Part shown: in pieces, positions 10,756 to 22,100 of the stretch | Layout of the letters: each line of letters begins with the position of its first letter | Position numbering within the stretch: the stretch's first letter is position 1 | Source of the DNA: Nemertoderma westbladi | Taxonomy: Eukaryota > Animalia > Xenacoelomorpha | Length of the DNA: 63,167 nucleotides | Direction: 5' to 3' | Assembly: GCA_032718475.1 (NCBI GenBank) | Contig: JAUCBJ010007440.1 | Location: 1-63,167 of the forward strand | Made by a program: the position numbers and the translations under genes | The notes under the pieces: generated by a model | The model's input: only the letters and a program-made list of their open reading frames with translations | Database searches by the model: none | What the model was told of the DNA's origin: nothing

Positions 10756-11966
10756 ATCTTGTTGGATCATGGGATCTTTCGACATCAGTAAGATCAATGA
10801 ACTTTAAACTCTTCAACAATGATGCAATAAATGCCCCATTCAAAGGATTTTATTGTTCTGGGCTTACAAAATAAAGATGTTAAACTCATATAATTGTAGT
10901 ACTAATAATACTAAATATATTACATCCATACCGGTACGAAATATTACAAATGTTAAATCCCAATATTCATATTTTATTTGCGTTCATAACTATTCCTACA
11001 CTACAGTGAGAATTATTCACTCTATATCGCTTAATTATATTATACTATGGACCACTTCAGATTGAGCTTACATATTTTCAATCGCTGTGTGCTCATTTTG
11101 ACAGCACAAAAAGCTAAAAGTAGTACATATTTGGAATCAGCATAAAAATATCTTTCGAATGAGCTATTGATCAACTATTTTCAACAACTTTTATGAAATT
11201 ACCCCCTGTACTACCGACCCATAAATTACTGTATCAGGTGGGTTTGAAATTCAGCAATACCGGTACAATGCAGCCATAATGTGGCCTTGGCTACTTGGGA
11301 AGTGTGGTAGGCCTATTTCACTTTCTTCAGCCATTCCAGCATTTCCAGTTGCAGAGTTCAGAATATTCAGTTATTCGCGACTATTCAGCCATATCATGTA
11401 CCGGTACGGTAACTTAATCTTATTAAACATATGTTTTACAGTACGGTACCGGTACTGTTACAGTGGTACTGGTACAGAGTTACCGGTACCGTCTTCAGGT
11501 TGTTGGCGCCACCCACCAATCGGCTCGGCAAAGGCAACCATGCAGCCATGGAAGTTCAGAAGTTTTGAAATTATGCGGACTTAAGACTGACTGACATATT
11601 GTCAGGTTGTACCAGCTGACCTTTATTACATGTTCCGGTATCCACTACTGCATTAGGTACCCCAACAGCCCAATACTGCAATACCCAGCAACGTTTTGGA
11701 ATTGTACCGGTACTCAAACAACTCGCCACCAAGGCTACCGCCTCTGTCTGTCGCAGTGTCGTTGGCGACCTCGACTTTTGGTATCGCTACTGCGCTAGCG
11801 CTACAGGCAAACTGGACTAACCGATGAGCGATGAGACCCGTGGACTGAAGAATGCATTGAATTTTTTGAGTAGTTTGACTATGGACTTCTATGACATCGA
11901 TGTCAAGCTGCCAATGCGAAAGTTTTTTTTTTTAAGTAAAAGTGTGGTTAAATTCTCTTAATTATA

Positions 11967-12058
11967 TATTTAAATTTCTTAAGTACCGATTTTGGGATAG
12001 AATTGCTCAATTTTAATCTGTATCTAATAACTGACCCTCGTCCTGCGCGATGGCCCCA
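11967..12058 (+). repeat. Dispersed ~90-bp repeat (copy 1; copy 2 at 62624-62715; partial copy at 53335-53355)
   Basis: Shared TATTTAAATTTCTTAARTACCGATTTTGGGATAGAATTGCTCAAT...CTGCGCGAWGGCCCCA. Confidence 0.85.
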
Positions 12059-12235
12059 CGAACGTATAAATACTGTGAGTACTGTTGCAGTTCCATCGCG
12101 TCCTGGGGTGCCTGTCCTGTCCCCCGCTCTCCATATTATCTCATTCCTGATTTATATTTATTTATGTACCTAATTAATTAATTTAAAGTAAACTAAAAGT
12201 CATATACTGTAATTATAATTTAAGTACTGTAAGTA

Positions 12236-15200
12236 GGTCAGGTCAGGTCCCCAGATCCTGCTACCACTATGGCAGTAATGTGGTACTACCTGTAGCTGTC
12301 AGCCCAGTAGGGCAGGCCCGATAAGCATAGCCTATTCATTATTTAGTTGATCAAGAGTGGGTTGGTTCAGCCCCGTCAACTAAATAAGTCATTGAGGGCT
12401 ATAGCGCCTACGGCACCATTGAAGGCAAAGGCTTGATACGCATCTGCATTAGAGATGATACAAGCCCCACCCTGTCTATACTGGATGCTCCTCTACCAGT
12501 GTTAGGTAACCTAACCCAGGAGGCACACTTGGTTCAGGGTGTAACAAATGGACCCCTACAGTCGGCAGCAGGGCTGTAGGCCATGGATAGGCGGAAGGTA
12601 ATCAACCAACGGCTAGACATGCTGGCGGAAGGTAATCAACCAACGGCGACCTACTGCGAAGACGCTTGTAGGAGTTGCGACCACAAGCGATTTACCCCCG
12701 CAACTGAAAGATATGAGTATGAGAACCCTCCAGGAGAAATACCGGCTCGGTCGTCGCCCGGGTCAACAAGGACCGCGTCCCTCAGTGGTACACCAGGCTG
12801 GGGTCGATAAATTGGCTACTGGAACAGAAGACAGAGAAGAAAGAAGAACCAACCTGTTGAAATGTAAAAAGACACTAAAGATTGCTACAATGAACGCACG
12901 CACGCTGAAAGCACAGAGCAAACAGGGTGACATGGTCGCTCTGGCAATGGAATATAACATCGACATCATCTGCATCCAAGAACATCGGATTTGTCATGAA
13001 GACACTGCCATGAAGTACAATGACATTGGAATTGGATGGACGTTAGTAACAAGCTCAGCAGTAAGAAACTCGGTCAATGCATCAATTGGTGGAGTAGGAA
13101 TTCTGCTAAGCCCATTTGCACTTAAGACCCTAAACAACATCGAATCTATAAATTCCAGGGTTATGATCGCAACATTTGATGGGAATCCCAAGACAACAGT
13201 TATATGTTGCTACAGTCCAACCAATGCATCAGAGCCAGAACAAGCAGTCAAGTTTTATGAAGAACTGACTGGACTTATTAAGGACATCCCGAAACACAAT
13301 GTTAAAGTCATTGCTGGTGACCTGAATGCGCAAATTGGCCCAGAAGACATCAAGGGTTACACCTATAACACAAGTTCTAACAGAAATGGGTACTTACTCT
13401 TAGACCTAATGGAAGAATGTGAATTGATACCAACAAACAACACATTCGAAAAGAGTAAGGGGAAGATATGGACCTTTCAATACCCTAATGGAACCAAAGC
13501 ACAACTGGATTACATCCTTATAAACAAAAAGTGGAGAAATAGCATGATCAACTGCGAGGCATACAGCTCGTTCAACCTAATTGGTTCGGACCACAGAATT
13601 GTGACTGCAGAGATCAGACTCAGTTTGAGAGCCAGCAAACCCAGGACAAGCAAGCAAATCAACTATGACTGGGAGAAACTCAGAACTGACAATGCTGTAA
13701 AGGATGCTTATACAGTAGAAGTTCAAAACCGCTTTGAAGCACTTCAGTCAATGGATGAAGACCAATCCACCGATTCAATATACCAGAATATAATAACAGC
13801 CCACAAGGAATCAGCAAAGAGGCATATCCCCCAGAAACCTAAACGAAAACAGTATGTGCCATGGCAAAACTCTGAGGTTACTTGTAAGAGAGAAGATCTT
13901 AAGATAGCCTACAAAGTTAAAACCGAACAACCAACAACCGAAAACATTAACAAGGTTGAGAAAGCTAAGGACGATCTTAAATTGGCCTACAACATCAGCC
14001 AGGAAAAGTACATACAGGATAAAACTGAAGCAATTACAACTGCTCACATACAGCAACAATCAAGACTTACCTGGCAAACTGTAAATGAGGTATCTGGTCG
14101 GAAAAGTTGTGCAAAGGGGCGCCTCAAAGCCAATAGTCCTGAAGAACGTGTTGGGAAGTGGAAAAATCACTTCAGCAACTTGCTTGGGCAGCCACCAAAC
14201 ATCGCGGTCAGCCCTACAAGGAAAATATATGACAAGACACTACCTATAGAAACAGGGGACTTCACACCTGCCGAACTCCAAAGAAGCATTAAAAGCATGT
14301 CCAATAATAAAGCGAGTGGATTAGATGAAATCCCAGCGGAGGTATGGAAAACCGGAGTGCTAAATAGACCATTATTGAATGTTTGCAACCGGATGTTAAA
14401 AGGGGAAATGCCACCACCAATTCGGACTAAAGGTCAACTAAAGCCTCTCCCCAAGAAAGGAGACCTCGGCATACCAACAAACTATCGTGGGATCTGTCTG
14501 CTTGTGGTAGCTGCCAAAATATACAATAAAATGATTCTATATATAGGATTAGGCCTCACATAGAGAAACTACTGCGTAAGAGCCAAAACGGATTTCGACC
14601 AAGTAGATCAACAATAGCTCAGATACTTGCACTACGGAGACTGATTGAAGGAATTAAGTCAAAGAATCTCCCCGCAGTCATGACTTTTGTGGACTTCAAG
14701 AAGGCATTCGACTTCATCCATAGAGGTAAAATGCTTGAAATCCTAAGAGCTTATGGAATACCAGAAGTAATTGTTGCTGGCATTGGATTGCTATATTGTG
14801 ACACAGAAGCACAGGTACTCTCACCAGATGGTGAAACTGAGTTTTTCTCAATCCTGGCTGGCGTACTGCAAGGTGACACATTAGCACCATTACTATTTGT
14901 AATTGTGCTGGATTACGCAATGAGGACGGCCACAAAGGGTGAAGATCTGGGATTCACACTTCAAGAACGCAGAAGTAGTAGATATCCGGCAACTACAGTC
15001 ACAGACACCGACTTTGCGGATGACATCGCCCTGCTCTCTAATACGCTAGCAGATGCACAGCTTCTACTAAATAAAGTGGAGAGGGCTGCTAAGGAGGTTG
15101 GATTGCATATAAATGCTACCAAGACCGAATGCATGACCTTTAATGTTGATGGAAACTTGACAACCATTGATAATAATCAACTAAGGCAGGTCGATGACTT

Positions 15201-15761
15201 CCAGTACCTTGGATCATGGATAGAGAGTAGCAAAAAGGACATAGAAGTTAGGAAAGCAAAGGCTTGGTTAGCTCTATCAAAAATGGATACCATCTGGAAA
15301 TCAGATCTCTCCAGGCACCTGAAGACCAAGTTCTTTCGAGCCACAGTGGAAAGTGTATTTTTATACGGGGGTGAGACCTGGACAATGACTAAATCACTTG
15401 AACAACGAATTGATGGTTGCTACACAAGACTACTAAGGGCAGCCCTAAACATCAGCTGGAGACAACACATGACAAACGCCGAGCTTTATGGTACAATACC
15501 ACCTGTATCAACCACCCTCCGTGAACGCAGATTAAGATTCAGTGGGCACTGCTGGCGAAGTAAAGACGAGGTCATACCAGATCTACTTCTCTGGCAACCA
15601 ACTCATGGAAAGCGTAGTCGTAGACGACCTGCCATAACATATATAGATCAACTTGAAAGGGATACTGAACTTGGGAGAAACGAAATTGCGACAACTATGG
15701 AGAATCGGGAAGCCTGGAAGGATCTCATCCACTGTCTGAGTTCGCTCGACCTAGTAGTAGT
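12236..15761 (+). mobile_element. Apparently full-length RTE-like non-LTR retrotransposon with TSD
   Basis: AGTACTGTAAGTA at 12223-12235 and 15762-15774 (TSD, partly overlapping the tail). Short (TAG)n tail, ~480-bp 5' UTR, single APE+RT reading frame. Confidence 0.92.
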
Positions 15762-15771
15762 AGTACTGTAA
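12713..15771 (+). pseudogene. APE endonuclease-reverse transcriptase ORF of the RTE-like LINE, frameshifted
   Basis: ATMNART, CIQEHR, AGDLNAQ, LDYIL, SDH (APE); DFKKAFD, GVLQGD, DFADD, YLGS (RT); RLRFSGHCWR C-terminus. Relative to the second copy it has a 2-bp TA insertion at ~14540 and a 2-bp deletion at ~15728. Confidence 0.93.
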
Positions 15772-15884
15772 GTAAGTCTTACAAATATTTTTTACAAATT
15801 ATTCTAATAAATAATATATCATACATTTTTTTGTGCTACCGTATGTAGTTAAATTGTTTTGGCCGTCTCTTTACAGTAGATTCG

Positions 15885-15907
15885 TATCTATCTATCTATC
15901 TATCTAT
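15885..15907. repeat. (TATC)5 microsatellite
   Basis: TATCTATCTATCTATCTATCTAT read directly. Confidence 0.9.
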
Positions 15908-16006
15908 AATCGTCCTGCTGCATTGAAGCTGCACATTGAGATGTCGGCTTAACAAAAATTGTTCCACCACCATGCAATCCACAATTGGCAAGCCCAATTC
16001 AGCGTG

Positions 16007-16105
16007 CATTAAGAATGATATGCCGGCTTATTCAAAGTTGCACCGCCACAACTTCCTATCCCCCCCTAACTTTCGAAAGATTATCCGCATCTCTAAGGCC
16101 AGATG
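16007..16105 (+). repeat. Dispersed ~100-bp repeat directly upstream of the satellite (homolog at 53932-54030)
   Basis: Colinear blocks ATTAAGAATG / CCGCCACAACT(T)CCTATC / AGATYATCCGCATCTCYAAGG in both places. Confidence 0.75.
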
Positions 16106-16162
16106 TACCCGAAATGGAAAAATGGTTTGAAGCAGGGTTCTGCAAGCATGCAATTAACTCGC

Positions 16163-19100
16163 TGTCATTATTTTGCTTACTCTCTCACTTCTGTGCCGGA
16201 TATTTGTTATTTATTTTGCTTGCTCTCTCACTTCTGTCCGTGTCGGGTATTTGTTATTTATTTTGCTTGCTCTCTCACTTCCGTGACGGATATTTGTTAT
16301 TTATTTTGCTTGCTCTCTCACTTCCGTGCCAGATATTTGTTATTTATTTTGCTTGCTTTCTCACTTCCGTGCCGGATATTTGTTATTTATTTTGCTCGCT
16401 CTCTCACTTCTGTGTCGGGTATTTGTTATTTATTTTGCTTGCTCTCTCACTTCTGTGTCGGGTATTTGTTATTTATTTTGCTTGCTCTCTCACTTCCGTG
16501 CCGGATATTTGTTATTTATTTTGCTTGCTCTCTCACTTCCGTGCCGGATATTTGTTATTTATTTTGCTTGCTCTCTCACTTCCGTGCCGGATATTTGTTA
16601 TTTATTTTGCTCGCTCTCTCTCACTTCCGTGCCGAATATTTGTTATTTATTTTGCTTGCTCTCTCACTTCCGTGCCGGATATTTGTTATTTATTTTGCTC
16701 GCTCTCTCACTTCTGTGTCGGGTATTTGTTATTTATTTTGCTTGCTCTCTCACTTCCGTGCCGGATATTTGTTATTTATTTTGCTTGCTCTCTCACTTCC
16801 GTGCCGGATATTTGTTATTTATTTTGCTTGCTCTCTCACTTCCGTGCCGGATATTTGTTATTTATTTTGCTTGCTCTCTCACTTCTGTGCCGGATATTTG
16901 TTATTTATTTTGCTTGCTCTCTCACTTCCGTGCCGGGTATTTGTTATTTATTTTGCTTGCTCTCTCACTTCCGTGCCGGATATTTGTTATTTATTTTGCT
17001 TGCTCTCTCACTTCCGTGCCGGATATTTGTTATTTATTTTGCTTGCTCTCTCACTTTCGTGCCGGATATTTGTTATTTATTTTGCTTGCTCTCTCACTTC
17101 CGTGCCGGATATTTGTTATTTATTTTGCTTGCTCTCTCACTTCCGTGACGGATATTTGTTATTTATTTTGCTTACTCTCTCACTTCTGTGTCGGGTATTT
17201 GTTATTTATTTTGCTTGCTCTCTCACTTCTGTGTCGGGTATTTGTTATTTATTTTGCTTGCTCTCTCACTTCCGTGCCGGATATTTGTTATTTATTTTGC
17301 TTGCTCTCTCACTTCTGTGTCGGGTATTTGTTATTTATTTTGCTTGCTCTCTCACTTCTGTGTCGGATATTTGTTATTTATTTTGCTTGCTCTCTCACTT
17401 CTGTGTCGGGTATTTGTTATTTATTTTGCTTGCTCTCTCACTTCTGTGTCGGGTATTTGTTATTTATTTTGCTTGCTCTCTCACTTCTGTGCCGGATATT
17501 TGTTATTTATTTTGCTTGCTCTCTCACTTCTGTGTCGGGTATTTGTTATTTATTTTGCTTGCTCTCTCACTTCTGTGTCGGATATTTGTTATTTATTTTG
17601 CTTGCTCTTTCACTTCTGTGTCGGATATTTGTTATTTATTTTGCTTGCTCTCTCACTTCCGTGCCGGATATTTGTTATTTATTTTGCTTACTCTCTCACT
17701 TCTGTGTCGGATATTTGTTATTTATTTTGCTTGCTCTCTCACTTCCGTGCCGGATATTTGTTATTTATTTTGCTTGCTCTCTCACTTCCGTGCCGGATAT
17801 TTGTTATTTATTTTGCTTACTCTCTCACTTCTGTGTCGGATATTTGTTATTTATTTTGCTTGCTCTCTCACTTCCGTGCCGGATATTTGTTATTTATTTT
17901 GCTCGCTCTCTCACTTTCGTTCGGCAGATATTTGTTATTTATTTTGCTTGCTCTCTCACTTCCGTGCCGGATATTTGTTATTTATTTTGCTCGCTCTCTC
18001 ACTTTCGTTCGGCAGATATTTGTTATTTATTTTGCTTGCTCTCTCACTTCCGTGCCGGATATTTGTTATTTATTTTGCTTGCTCTCTCACTTCCGTGCCG
18101 GATATTTGTTATTTATTTTGCTTACTCTCTCACTTCTGTGTCGGATATTTGTTATTTATTTTGCTTGCTCTCTCACTTCCGTGCCGGATATTTGTCATTT
18201 ATTTTGCTCGCTCTCTCACTTTCGTTCGGCAGATATTTGTTATTTATTTTGCTTGCTCTCTCACTTCCGTGCCGGATATTTGTTATTTATTTTGCTTACT
18301 CTCTCACTTCTGTGTCGGATATTTGTTATTTATTTTGCTTGCTCTCTCACTTCCGTGCCGGATATTTGTTATTTATTTTGCTCGCTCTCTCACTTTCGTT
18401 CGGCAGATATTTGTTATTTATTTTGCTTGCTCTCTCACTTCTGTGCCGGATATTTGTTATTTATTTTGCTCGCTCTCTCTCACTTCCGTGCCGAATATTT
18501 GTTATTTATTTTGCTTGCTCTCTCACTTCCGTGCCGGATATTTGTTATTTATTTTGCTCGCTCTCTCACTTCTGTGTCGGGTATTTGTTATTTATTTTGC
18601 TTGCTCTCTCACTTCCGTGCCGGATATTTGTTATTTATTTTGCTTGCTCTCTCACTTCCGTGCCGGATATTTGTTATTTATTTTGCTTGCTCTCTCACTT
18701 CCGTGCCGGATATTTGTTATTTATTTTGCTTGCTCTCTCACTTCTGTGCCGGATATTTGTTATTTATTTTGCTTGCTCTCTCACTTCCGTGCCGGGTATT
18801 TGTTATTTATTTTGCTTGCTCTCTCACTTCCGTGCCGGATATTTGTTATTTATTTTGCTTGCTCTCTCACTTCCGTGCCGGATATTTGTTATTTATTTTG
18901 CTTGCTCTCTCACTTTCGTGCCGGATATTTGTTATTTATTTTGCTTGCTCTCTCACTTCCGTGCCGGATATTTGTTATTTATTTTGCTTGCTCTCTCACT
19001 TCCGTGACGGATATTTGTTATTTATTTTGCTTACTCTCTCACTTCTGTGTCGGGTATTTGTTATTTATTTTGGTTGCTCTCTCACTTCTGTGTCGGGTAT

Positions 19101-22100
19101 TTGTTATTTATTTTGCTTGCTCTCTCACTTCCGTGCCGGATATTTGTTATTTATTTTGCTTGCTCTCTCACTTCTGTGTCGGGTATTTGTTATTTATTTT
19201 GCTTGCTCTCTCACTTCTGTGTCGGATATTTGTTATTTATTTTGCTTGCTCTCTCACTTCTGTGTCGGGTATTTGTTATTTATTTTGCTTGCTCTCTCAC
19301 TTCTGTGTCGGGTATTTGTTATTTATTTTGCTTGCTCTCTCACTTCCGTGCCGGATATTTGTTATTTATTTTGCTTGCTCTCTCACTTCTGTGTCGGGTA
19401 TTTGTTATTTATTTTGCTTGCTCTCTCACTTCTGTGTCGGATATTTGTTATTTATTTTGCTTGCTCTCTCACTTCTGTGTCGGATATTTGTTATTTATTT
19501 TGCTTGCTCTCTCACTTCCGTGCCGGATATTTGTTATTTATTTTGCTTACTCTCTCACTTCTGTGTCGGATATTTGTTATTTATTTTGCTTGCTCTCTCA
19601 CTTCCGTGCCGGATATTTGTTATTTATTTTGCTTGCTCTCTCACTTCCGTGCCGGATATTTGTTATTTATTTTGCTTACTCTCTCACTTCTGTGTCGGAT
19701 ATTTGTTATTTATTTTGCTTGCTCTCTCACTTCCGTGCCGGATATTTGTTATTTATTTTGCTCGCTCTCTCACTTTCGTTCGGCAGATAGTTGTTATTTA
19801 TTTTGCTTGCTCTCTCACTTCCGTGCCGGATATTTGTTATTTATTTTGCTCGCTCTCTCACTTTCGTTCGGCAGATATTTGTTATTTATTTTGCTTGCTC
19901 TCTCACTTCCGTGCCGGATATTTGTTATTTATTTTGCTTGCTCTCTCACTTCCGTGCCGGATATTTGTTATTTATTTTGCTTACTCTCTCACTTCTGTGT
20001 CGGATATTTGTTATTTATTTTGCTTGCTCTCTCACTTCCGTGCCGGATATTTGTTATTTATTTTGCTCGCTCTCTCACTTTCGTTCGGCAGATATTTGTT
20101 ATTTATTTTGCTTGCTCTCTCACTTCCGTGCCGGATATTTGTTATTTATTTTGCTTACTCTCTCACTTCTGTGTCGGATATTTGTTATTTATTTTGCTTG
20201 CTCTCTCACTTCCGTGCCGGATATTTGTTATTTATTTTGCTCGCTCTCTCACTTTCGTTCGGCAGATATTTGTTATTTATTTTGCTTGCTCTCTCACTTC
20301 CGTGCCGGATATTTGTTATTTATTTTGCTTACTCTCTCACTTCTGTGTCGGATATTTGTTATTTATTTTGCTTGCTCTCTCACTTCCGTGCCGGATATTT
20401 GTTATTTATTTTGCTCGCTCTCTCACTTTCGTTCGGCAGATATTTGTTATTTATTTTGCTTGCTCTCTCACTTCTGTGCCGGATATTTGTTATTTATTTT
20501 GCTCGCTCTCTCTCACTTCCGTGCCGAATATTTGTTATTTATTTTGCTTGCTCTCTCACTTCCGTGCCGGATATTTGTTATTTATTTTGCTCGCTCTCTC
20601 ACTTCTGTGTCGGGTATTTGTTATTTATTTTGCTTGCTCTCTCACTTCCGTGCCGGATATTTGTTATTTATTTTGCTTGCTCTCTCACTTCCGTGCCGGG
20701 TATTTGTTATTTATTTTGCTTGCTCTCTCACTTCTGTGTCGGGTATTTGTTATTTATTTTGCTTGCTCTCTCACTTCCGTGACGGATATTTGTTATTTAT
20801 TTTGCTTGCTCTCTCACTTCTGTGTCGGGTATTTGTTATTTATTTTGCTTGCTCTCTCACTTCTGTGTCGGGTATTTGTTATTTATTTTGCTTGCTCTCT
20901 CACTTCCGTGACGGATATTTGTTATTTATTTTGCTTGCTCTCTCACTTCTGTGTCGGGTATTTGTTATTTATTTTGCTTGCTCTCTCACTTCTGTGTCGG
21001 GTATTTGTTATTTATTTTGCTTGCTCTCTCACTTCCGTGACGGATATTTGTTATTTATTTTGCTTGCTCTCTCACTTCTGTGTCGGGTATTTGTTATTTA
21101 TTTTGCTTGCTCTCTCACTTCTGTGTCGGGTATTTGTTATTCATTTTGCTTGCTCTCTCACTTCCGTCCCGAATATTTGTTATTTATTTTGCTTGCTCTT
21201 TCACTTCCGTCCCGAATATTTGTTATTTATTTTGCTTGCTCTCTCACTTCTGTGTCGGATATTTGTTATTTATTTTGCTTGCTCTCTCACTTCCGTGACG
21301 GATATTTGTTATTTATTTTGCTTGCTCTCTCACTTCTGTGTCGGGTATTTGTTATTTATTTTGCTTGCTCTCTCACTTCCGTGACGGATATTTGTTATTT
21401 ATTTTGCTTGCTCTCTCACTTCTGTGTCGGGTATTTGTTATTTATTTTGCTTGCTCTCTCACTTCTGTGTCGGGTATTTGTTATTTATTTTGCTTGCTCT
21501 CTCACTTCCGTGACGGATATTTGTTATTTATTTTGCTTGCTCTCTCACTTCTGTGTCGGGTATTTGTTATTTATTTTGCTTGCTCTCTCACTTCCGTGAC
21601 GGATATTTGTTATTTATTTTGCTTGCTCTCTCACTTCCGTGCCGGATATTTGTTATTTATTTTGCTTGCTCTCTCACTTCTGTGTCGGGTATTTGTTATT
21701 TATTTTGCTTGCTCTCTCACTTCTGTGTCGGGTATTTGTTATTTATTTTGCTTGCTCTCTCACTTCTGTGCCGGATATTTGTTATTTATTTTGCTTGCTA
21801 TCTCACTTCCGTGCCGGGTATTTGTTATTTATTTTGCTTGCTCTCTCACTTCCGTGCCGGATATTTGTTATTTATTTTGCTTGCTCTCTCACTTCTGTGT
21901 CGGGTATTTGTTATTCATTTTGCTTGCTCTCTCACTTCCGTCCCGAATATTTGTTATTTATTTTGCTTGCTCTCTCACTTCCGTGCCGGATATTTGTTAT
22001 TTATTTTGCTTGCTCTCTCACTTCTGTGTCGGGTATTTGTTATTTATTTTGCTTGCTCTCTCACTTCCGTGACGGATATTTGTTATTTATTTTGCTTGCT

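Noticed and set aside
15915-15930. 16-nt match CTGCTGCATTGAAGCT to the MFS gene (minus strand, ~54911-54926)
   Set aside because: One 16-mer match among ~30 kb of non-satellite sequence is plausible by chance, and the flanks do not extend.
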